From Coxiellaceae bacterium (GTDB lineage: Bacteria; Pseudomonadota; Gammaproteobacteria; Coxiellales; Coxiellaceae): 24,000 bases of DNA. The notes beneath the pieces were generated by a model, which worked only from the letters and a program-made list of their open reading frames with translations, did not search any database and was not told the DNA's origin. The stretch is from contig CBDCAS010000022.1 in NCBI GenBank assembly GCA_965214015.1, positions 274,175-298,174 on the forward strand. Direction: 5' to 3'. Shown here in pieces: positions 9,052 to 15,760 of the stretch (position 1 is the first letter of the stretch; each line of letters opens with the position of its first letter). The position numbers and the translations under genes are program-made.

Positions 9052-9920
9052 CTTTGCCAAACACACCAATAGCCTGGGCTGGTCGGTTGTCAATGATTCA
9101 CAAAACATTTTGTGTTGCTCATGCCATTGATCGTTTTCCATTAGATACTTCTACATTAGTACACGAATATTCAAAACAATTTTTCCCCAATGAGCCTATT
9201 ACAAAAGTGCAGGGTGAAAACTTTGGTGATCAATTTGAAGGTGCTTTAGTTCCTAACGATGATAAAAACGAATGGTTAGTTATTTACAACCAAGCAACTA
9301 AGAATGCTGGTCGTATTAATTTTACGATTGCCCATGAGTTTGGGCATTACCTTCTGCATAGACAAGATATCGTTATGCGAAAGCAGTGTACAAGGCATGA
9401 TATGTCTAGCTGGTATTCTAATGACAGTAATATTGAGATAGAAGCAAATACCTTTGCCGCTAGGTTTTTAATGCCTACAGAGGATTTTTTTAAACAAATT
9501 CACAGCCAAGAGATTTCTTTAAGTCTAATACAACAATTGGCTAATCGATATCAAGTATCATTAAACGCTTTAGTACTCCGGTTAATTAATATCATAAAAC
9601 AACCCGCTATGGTTGTGTCGACTGTTGATGGTTACATCAATTGGGCTTGGTCTAATGATCGGTTGATGAAGTTGGGTGTTTATTACCCTGCGAGACAAAA
9701 AACGATTGAACCTCCATCCAAATCATTAATCAATCGTGGAATTAATGGCACGATTGAATGTTTGCATAATGAGGGGGTTTGGATGGGTCCTGGTCAAGTC
9801 AAAGAAATTTTAGTTTACCACAAAGAAGAATTTTCATTGTCGTTGTTGCTTTACGATCCCAAGCTTAACAAAGACGATGTATGCAATGAATTAACTGAAA
9901 ATGAAGAGGAGTTCGCATAA
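9048..9920 (+). CDS. ImmA/IrrE-family (COG2856/DUF955) zinc metallopeptidase with an extra C-terminal domain of about 110 aa
   Basis: It has the HExxH motif 'FTIAHEFGHYLLH' followed by 'EANTFAARFLMP', the family's second signature. It is translationally coupled to the XRE gene. Residues from about 180 to 290 are unassigned. Confidence 0.85.
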   Translation: MTLPNTPIAWAGRLSMIHKTFCVAHAIDRFPLDTSTLVHEYSKQFFPNEPITKVQGENFGDQFEGALVPNDDKNEWLVIYNQATKNAGRINFTIAHEFGHYLLHRQDIVMRKQCTRHDMSSWYSNDSNIEIEANTFAARFLMPTEDFFKQIHSQEISLSLIQQLANRYQVSLNALVLRLINIIKQPAMVVSTVDGYINWAWSNDRLMKLGVYYPARQKTIEPPSKSLINRGINGTIECLHNEGVWMGPGQVKEILVYHKEEFSLSLLLYDPKLNKDDVCNELTENEEEFA

Positions 9921-10230
9921 ATAGCGATCAGATTAAAGAACTTGAAAAAAAATTATGGAATTCAGCCGATAATCTTCGTGCAAATTCCAAATTAACAGCG
10001 GCAGAATATAAAGATCCTATTCTAGACCTAATTTTATTATTTTATGTACTAAATGACAGGTCTGATTAATAATTGTTCAATTGAAAAACTTAATGGAGAA
10101 TAAGGATATTTGCGAAGCGGTTAATCAAGCCATGCTCAGGCTTAAAAAAATATAAAGATCTTGAGGAGGATTGTTGCCAAAAATTATCAATATAAATTTG
10201 TGAACAGTTACGCAGAAATTTTTAATTGGG
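9920..10230 (+). pseudogene. hsdM: Decayed 5' remnant of a type I restriction-modification methylase gene (hsdM, HsdM_N region only)
   Basis: There is no start codon. Positions 9920-10066 translate to NSDQIKELEKKLWNSADNLRANSKLTAAEYKDPILDLILLFYVLNDRSD*. That fits the HsdM N-terminal signature (..LW..AD.LRG....EYK...L.LIFLKY..). Positions 10093-10152 give MENKDICEAVNQAMLRLKKI*. With frame changes, '..KDL..' and 'AKNYQYKF' follow. These resemble the next conserved HsdM_N block as I remember it (..Am..IEkeN..LkgvlPknY..). No catalytic N6-methyltransferase domain follows. Confidence 0.55.
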
Positions 10231-10246
10231 AAATGGAACTTTACCA

Positions 10247-11770
10247 ATGGCGAAAAAACATAAATTATCAATCTATTTGCTTAAAGAAGAACTAAGCCCA
10301 GAAGATTGCTTAACAGAAGATACGGAAGTTTCCAATTTTGATAAGGTTAATAATTGGAAAATTATTATTAAAACAAAGCCTAAATATGAACCAGAATGGT
10401 CAAGTTATTTGGGCTTGAATATCAAACTAGTAAATGCAAGTGCTATTCTGTTTATTCTTTTTGATAAACGTTGGTTTGCTATAACATTTAATTATGCTCA
10501 TTACCTGCTTGATAAAAGTAAATTAATTACGGATTTTGGATTAATTACAGCTCTAAATATGCTTGATCCAAATAAAATAAAAAGTTCAGATGTTTTTGCT
10601 CCCTCCGATCACTCAAAGCAAAGAAGAACTCAGACGACACAATACTCTAATTTATATGGCCATGGTATGGATAGTTGTTCTAATATTCTAAAAAATATAA
10701 CAGGGAGAGTGCAAGATGAATATGAAAAATTATCTAAGAGTATTAGCGCAACACATAATAGTATAAAAATTAATACTACCTATCCAGTAGAACATTTAAA
10801 TAATCTTTGTAAAGATTTATTTGATATTTACTCTAAAAAAGATTACTGCAATAATTTTCCTGAAATATTTAATATTCAAGAGATCAAGGACATTTGTTTA
10901 ATTAATAAATTAAATGCTAAGCTGTTAAATTCTGTTAATAATAGAGAAGGTATATTTTATTTAGAAATACCTGAGTTAATTGATTTTCATCAAATTGATC
11001 ATTATCAAATTAATGTTAAAGATCATAAGCAACATAATTATGAAGAGATTTCTATATCAAATTTCTTTGAATCAATACAAGATAAAGTTAAAATTACAGT
11101 TGAAAATTTAAAAAAATGGCAGCTATTTATAATTGATCAAAGTGATAGAAAAATAAAATCTTTTTCAATTTTTGATTGCTTTGTATTCGATTGTGATATT
11201 GACAATGTTGAATTTCATTTATCACATGGAAAATGGTACTCTTTAAGTCATGATTTTTCTGAAGAACTTCAAAAAATAAATGAAAATAGGAAAGAAAAAA
11301 TTAATGGTGAAAAAATTCCAAACTTTAAATTTAATAATGAAGGTGAATATAATCAAGTGCTTGCTGATCATTTATCGGCACATTGCCTAGATAAACAATG
11401 TATTCCTATGGGAGGATACGATAAGATTGAGCCTTGTGATGTTTTATGTATTTCTCAAGACGATAAAAATATTTTTATCCATGTAAAAATTAAACATGGT
11501 GGATCATCAGGTTTAAGTCATTTATTTGAACAAGGCGATGTTTCTCTTATCCTGCTCAATAAAAAAGATCAAAAATTTATTAATGGCATCCGTAAAAAAG
11601 TTTCTAATTTTAATAGTGAAAACGTTAAAATTATCCATTATCTTATTATAGGTGATCCATTAAAAAAATTACCTCTATTCGCTAGAATTTGTCTTTTTAA
11701 ATATATAAAAAGTATTGAATCAAGAGGTGCAACTGTTTATTGGTCTATTGTTCCAAACCTAAGTAAATGA
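10247..11770 (+). CDS. TIGR04141/DUF6119-like 'sporadically distributed' protein with a C-terminal PD-(D/E)xK-like motif; function unknown
   Basis: 507 aa from the ATG at 10247; the ORF track begins at TTG 10226. It contains 'KLSIYLLKEE', 'WFAITFNYAHYLLD', 'DFGLITALNMLDPNKIKSSD' and the C-terminal 'IEPCDVLCIS..FIHVKIKHGGSSGLSHLFEQGDVS'. The family assignment is from memory of these motifs and is not a search result. The gene is extremely AT-rich. Confidence 0.8.
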   Translation: MAKKHKLSIYLLKEELSPEDCLTEDTEVSNFDKVNNWKIIIKTKPKYEPEWSSYLGLNIKLVNASAILFILFDKRWFAITFNYAHYLLDKSKLITDFGLITALNMLDPNKIKSSDVFAPSDHSKQRRTQTTQYSNLYGHGMDSCSNILKNITGRVQDEYEKLSKSISATHNSIKINTTYPVEHLNNLCKDLFDIYSKKDYCNNFPEIFNIQEIKDICLINKLNAKLLNSVNNREGIFYLEIPELIDFHQIDHYQINVKDHKQHNYEEISISNFFESIQDKVKITVENLKKWQLFIIDQSDRKIKSFSIFDCFVFDCDIDNVEFHLSHGKWYSLSHDFSEELQKINENRKEKINGEKIPNFKFNNEGEYNQVLADHLSAHCLDKQCIPMGGYDKIEPCDVLCISQDDKNIFIHVKIKHGGSSGLSHLFEQGDVSLILLNKKDQKFINGIRKKVSNFNSENVKIIHYLIIGDPLKKLPLFARICLFKYIKSIESRGATVYWSIVPNLSK

Positions 11771-11781
11771 GGAGTGCCTTA

Positions 11782-11919
11782 ATGCAAACATTTAACTTTA
11801 ATGAAGAATATCTATCACAAATTTCTAATTTAATTATAATTGACCAATATCTGAGTGCAATCTACAATATTCAACCAACCCATAAAAGTTATAACTTATT
11901 GATTTTGGTAGAAAATTAG
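11782..11919 (+). CDS. Hypothetical 45-aa ORF immediately downstream of the DUF6119-like gene
   Basis: The ATG lies 7 nt after GAGGAG (11769-11774) and 11 nt after the upstream stop. Translation is MQTFNFNEEYLSQISNLIIIDQYLSAIYNIQPTHKSYNLLILVEN. It may be a gene fragment. Confidence 0.3.
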   Translation: MQTFNFNEEYLSQISNLIIIDQYLSAIYNIQPTHKSYNLLILVEN

Positions 11920-12570
11920 TGAAAACTCAAAATTTAAACCCTTGTCACTGTGAATGCCCGCCTTATGATGCAAAAACACGCAGTGATAGAATAGGTAATT
12001 TACCGATTTTAAATAATTAATTTTTCAAATGACAACATATTTCACAAAATACCGCATGTCATGTAAGCGGTGAAAGGCGTAACGCCTTTGGCAATGAAGG
12101 CGATTATATTCGGATTGTCTGTTTACTGAAATTGTCATTTTCGGCAATATTTTTTTAAATATACGCTAAGTTCAGTGATAGCAATATCATTGGCTTTGTT
12201 TACCCTACCAAATATTAACTAACCACTATAAGTTAATGGTTATTATACTTTAAACGATTTCACTGCTATCTGAGCAATGCGCACATCAGATAACTTTAAC
12301 TATTCTTATTAACTTCGATATATCGAGTTAATGAAATTTTACTGTGAGCTATAAAGTTTACATCGTTTGATGCAACCAACTGGAAACAGATTAATAGTCT
12401 GGGTTTTACACCGAGATTATGAATAGGCTTACGGCCTTGGTTGTTAGGTTACGCCAAAGCAAGTTCTACTTGTCCGTTGATAAGCCTATCGGCTTATCGC
12501 GTGGTGTACCACCACTAAACAAGCACAAAAACGATAGTACAGTTCAAATTTTCAAAACAGCAAGCGCTTA

Positions 12571-12605
12571 GCGTCACGTTATGACAGAAATGTCTAACGT
12601 GACGC
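12571..12605. other. Long hairpin: 15-bp stem (one bulged T) with a GAAA tetraloop, about 80 nt upstream of the recombinase ORF
   Basis: GCGTCACGTTATGACA-GAAA-TGTCTAACGTGACGC, read directly. A second 6-bp hairpin, ACGCGC-AGA-GCGCGT at 12602-12616, overlaps its 3' arm. The two structures are therefore mutually exclusive. Confidence 0.5.
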
Positions 12606-12723
12606 GCAGAGCGCGTTATATAATAAATATTATGAATCAATAAGATAAACCACTTTTAAAGGACAAAATAACCATTACCATTCCGTGACAGTTTACAAAA
12701 CGACTTATTTATCGAGGTATAGT

Positions 12724-13602
12724 GTGAGTAAAAAACATCAAATGATTAGCTCAGTCATTACAACAATTAAAAATAACAAGGACGGCTCATATAGAACGCA
12801 GGACGATCGTCGGCATGCATTAATAAAAATTGCGAAAGATGTGCATGAGCTTGGATACAAGCTTGACCATATTCGTTATATGAAACCCAAGCATATTCAT
12901 GCTTTGGTGAAGTGCTGGAAATCTCATGGTGACAATCCAGGCAGCATGAAAAATCGCATGAGTCATTTACGATGGCTGATGTGCAAATTTGATGGAAAAA
13001 TTCACATGGTACCCAGCAATGATGAGCTAGATATTCCTAGACGAATCTATATCAGTAATCAGAATAAATCTGTACAGCTAACATCGGTAGATTTTGAGCG
13101 AATTAAAGATCCTATGATGTGCCATAGTTTGAAAGGTCAAACGTTGTTTGGGCTACGTATGGAAGAGAGTATTAAACTGGAACCTTTCATCGCAGATACT
13201 GGAGAGTTTCTGTATGTACAAAAGACGAAAGGGAATCGTGAACGGATGATCCCGATTTTAACTACCAAGCAGCGAGAATGGCTTGAAGCAGCAAAGCAGT
13301 TAGCTCAGCATAACAGCCATTCCCTCATCCCAGCGGATACCCACTATAAGACCTATCGCAGTCGTTTTGATAAGGCTTGTAAGCGGGCGGGTATTAACAG
13401 TCGACATGGTTTGCGGCACTGCTATGCGCAGTGCCGCTATAAAGAATTGACGGGTTGGGAACCACCGGTAAAAGGTGGCCCTAAATTGGCTGATATGAAT
13501 TCAGATCAAAAGTACTTGGATCGCGCTGCACGATTACAAGTGAGTCTGGAGTTGGGGCATAGTCGTCGGAATATACTAAGTGTCTATATTGGCACGACAT
13601 AA
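12724..13602 (+). CDS. Tyrosine recombinase / integrase (small, plasmid/island type)
   Basis: The catalytic pattern is R ('FGLRMEES'), H-x-x-R ('HGLRHCYAQ') and H...Y ('LGHSRRNILSVYIG'). The start is ambiguous: GTG 12724 lies 6 nt after GAGG, the ORF track uses GTG 12685, and an ATG at 12742 is also possible. Confidence 0.85.
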   Translation: MSKKHQMISSVITTIKNNKDGSYRTQDDRRHALIKIAKDVHELGYKLDHIRYMKPKHIHALVKCWKSHGDNPGSMKNRMSHLRWLMCKFDGKIHMVPSNDELDIPRRIYISNQNKSVQLTSVDFERIKDPMMCHSLKGQTLFGLRMEESIKLEPFIADTGEFLYVQKTKGNRERMIPILTTKQREWLEAAKQLAQHNSHSLIPADTHYKTYRSRFDKACKRAGINSRHGLRHCYAQCRYKELTGWEPPVKGGPKLADMNSDQKYLDRAARLQVSLELGHSRRNILSVYIGTT

Positions 13603-13615
13603 ATATGTCTTAACA

Positions 13616-13643
13616 TTGACCTAAAATATTAATATGATACAAT
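13616..13643 (+). promoter_or_regulatory. Sigma70-like promoter TTGACC-N16-TACAAT upstream of the excisionase-like gene
   Basis: The -35 is at 13616-13621 and the -10 at 13638-13643. A second ATTGACC copy sits at 13644-13650, and a 7-bp hairpin (CAGTAAG..CTTACTG) follows. Motif match only. Confidence 0.4.
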
Positions 13644-13697
13644 ATTGACCATTAACAGTAAGGACAACGATGCTTACTGATTGTAAGGTGCGAAGCT

Positions 13698-13910
13698 ATG
13701 AGCCATGAAAATAATATACAACAGTTTGATTTATTAACACAAAAAGAAGCAGCGACTATGATTCGCATGTCTGAAGCTTGGTTTGAGCGGCAACGCTGGG
13801 AGCACAAAGGGATACCTTATATTAAAATAGGGGGTCGTGTGTTTTATGAGAAAGAAGATCTAGTTAAGTGGGTTAAAAAGCAGAAAAGTAAGCCTAATAC
13901 TAAAAGTTGA
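13698..13910 (+). CDS. Excisionase/AlpA-like (MerR-superfamily HTH_17) DNA-binding protein
   Basis: 70 aa. 'LLTQKEAATMIRMSEAWFERQRWEHKGIPYIKIGGRVFYEKEDLVKWV' fits the excisionase-family HTH pattern (..kEaA..l.vs...l.r.r..g.gP.y.kiG.rv.Y...dl..W). It lies directly after the recombinase gene. Confidence 0.8.
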   Translation: MSHENNIQQFDLLTQKEAATMIRMSEAWFERQRWEHKGIPYIKIGGRVFYEKEDLVKWVKKQKSKPNTKS

Positions 13911-14234
13911 AACTGTTACAATGGTTGGTGCGTGTAAAGAGGGCATTGCTAAAATTCAGTAAGAGAGATGTATAGTCTCTAATTGGGTTAAAATACCTAT
14001 TTTCTAAATGCTTAAAGATTAAGCTTTTTTCAATTTTAGCTGAGAATCAAGCCTACTACCTTTAGATAGTAGTGTAGAGCGTTTGGATCAATAGAGTTGT
14101 TGTATTCACTAATTGTTGATTGAGTTAATATGAACATTGTAGTAGCTAATGAGTGAAATAATAGAGCAAAATATATTCAAAAAAACAATCTTCACCTTTG
14201 GTATTGGATGTATAGTTCAAAGAGGTAAATTTTG

Positions 14235-14960
14235 ATGAATAGAAGTTCTGAAAAAAAAGTTGCAGTCATCACTGGTGCTAGTGGAGGTATTGGTGAAGGA
14301 GTGGCACGTTATTTTCTTGAAAAAAATTATAAAACAATTTTGATTGGAAGGAATGTTAATCGAATAGAAAGTTTGAGCACAGAGTTTTCTGGAGAGAATG
14401 TGACAATATTGAGTTGTGATCTTAGAAATCATGAGGAAATAGTAAAAAATATAAATATAACTCTCGATGCGCAAGCTAGAGTTGATGTATTAGTTAACAG
14501 TGCAGGATATGTAAAGCGTGGTACTTCCGATCTTTCACATGAAGAATTTGTGAAAATGCTAGAAACTAATTTGGTTGGGTTATTTGATATCACTAATGCA
14601 GTTATTCCTATCATGAAGAAGCAGTCCGCTGGAAGAATTATTAATATATCTTCTTATTCAGGTGTTGTAGCAAGAGATTGTTTAGGTGGGTATGCGGCCT
14701 CTAAATTTGGCTTAATGGGTTTGAATGAATCTCTGCATAAAGAGTTAGCACCTTACGGTATTTATGTCACTGCTATTTGTCCTAACTTAGTAGATACAGA
14801 AATGACCAGGGATGTAACTTCAATTGAGCGAAGTGAGTTTATTCAAGTAGATGATATTGTGAAAACAATTAATTATCTTATGAATCTCACGCCTAGCGTT
14901 ATGGTAAAAGAGTTAGTTCTTAGATGTCGTGCGAAGTTGCTTAAAACAGTAGATGGGTAA
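14235..14960 (+). CDS. Short-chain dehydrogenase/reductase (classical SDR)
   Basis: It has 'TGASGGIG' (TGxxxGxG), 'NSAG' and the catalytic 'YAASK' (YxxxK). The ATG at 14235 lies 9 nt after AGAGG. Confidence 0.9.
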   Translation: MNRSSEKKVAVITGASGGIGEGVARYFLEKNYKTILIGRNVNRIESLSTEFSGENVTILSCDLRNHEEIVKNINITLDAQARVDVLVNSAGYVKRGTSDLSHEEFVKMLETNLVGLFDITNAVIPIMKKQSAGRIINISSYSGVVARDCLGGYAASKFGLMGLNESLHKELAPYGIYVTAICPNLVDTEMTRDVTSIERSEFIQVDDIVKTINYLMNLTPSVMVKELVLRCRAKLLKTVDG

Positions 14961-15407
14961 ATATTTAGATATGAATAAACTTCATAAATTATTTTCTGGA
15001 ATTATCGATTTTACTATTTTTTTATTCTTTATCTTAAGCTTTATACTTCTAATATAGAGTGACTGACTGCATAGGAAAATCAATTTATTCAATCAATAGA
15101 ATAGAAAATGATGACAGCTGATTAAGCTACTGAAAAATTTATTAACTTGAGGCAGCTTATGCAAAAAATAAAGATTTAATGAGTCATTTATCCATGAATA
15201 AATGTAACTCTTTATTTAAGAAAACTGTATCTAGTTATGATCTTATTTTAGTTTGATAGTCCTCTTATTGGGTTCAAACCCCCATTTTCCAGATGGTTTA
15301 AACACGTAAGACATGCGAAGCATGACATTGCAAACTTTAGTGCGCTAGCATATCCGGCTTACAGCCAAGATTTCCAACCCACCAACTTTTAGTTGGTGGT
15401 AGTTGAG

Positions 15408-15440
15408 TTAAGAGGATATTTTAGCTCCCTCTTAATTTTA
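15408..15440 (+). terminator. Terminator-like hairpin TTAAGAGG-(12 nt)-CCTCTTAA followed by TTTTA
   Basis: Read directly. It is preceded by a 9-bp hairpin, CCACCAACT-TTT-AGTTGGTGG, at 15379-15399. No intact upstream gene ends here. The loop is long and the stem AT-rich, hence the low confidence. Confidence 0.3.
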
Positions 15441-15454
15441 GTTATAATGAGCAT

Positions 15455-15760
15455 TTGAAAAAGCATCATGAAAAATTAAGTCCTAATACAGCATCTAGAA
15501 ATTTGAAAGTCTCTCTTAAGGAAGAAATCAAGGATTTGGGTTTTTCTTTAAATAAAGAAAGCTATTATTATGTCCCAAGTATTTTGCCATGTTATAAAAA
15601 GAAATATTATGAATATATGATAGAAACAAGTAAAATAATCGGTTGTGAGAAAAAAGTTTTGGATGATATTAACAATTGGTATGAGTTAACAAATGCTTTT
15701 GAACAGATAGGATTGTTCATAAATTACCACATAAGATCAGATGGAAAAAATAGATGTTAG
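15455..15760 (+). CDS. Hypothetical protein; possibly the detached N-terminal part of the downstream hydrolase
   Basis: It is a 101-codon ORF starting at a TTG with no SD. A TATAAT at 15443-15448 lies only 6 nt upstream, which makes this start doubtful. The C-terminus '..GLFINYHIRSDGKN' resembles the first beta-hairpin that normally precedes the GGPG motif of S33 hydrolases. Confidence 0.35.
   Translation: MKKHHEKLSPNTASRNLKVSLKEEIKDLGFSLNKESYYYVPSILPCYKKKYYEYMIETSKIIGCEKKVLDDINNWYELTNAFEQIGLFINYHIRSDGKNRC

Noticed and set aside
13590-13606. CACGACATAAA at the integrase stop, weakly similar to the tRNA 3' end/flank CACGACCCAAAACCATAAAA
   Set aside because: The match is too short and gapped to be called an att core. 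It also lies inside coding sequence.
14971-15057. 28-aa very hydrophobic ORF (MNKLHKLFSGIIDFTIFLFFILSFILLI) 10 nt after the SDR gene
   Set aside because: T-rich spacer DNA generates Phe/Ile/Leu-rich frames by chance and there is no convincing SD. I mention it only in case a small membrane peptide is found by Ribo-seq.
15268-15292. GGGTTCAAACCCCCATTTTCCA, reminiscent of a tRNA T-arm plus acceptor 3' strand (a possible attR)
   Set aside because: The T-stem would have only 3 bp and the sequence does not match the tRNA-Lys 3' end at 7949-7972. I kept it only as part of the 'orphan patch' observation.
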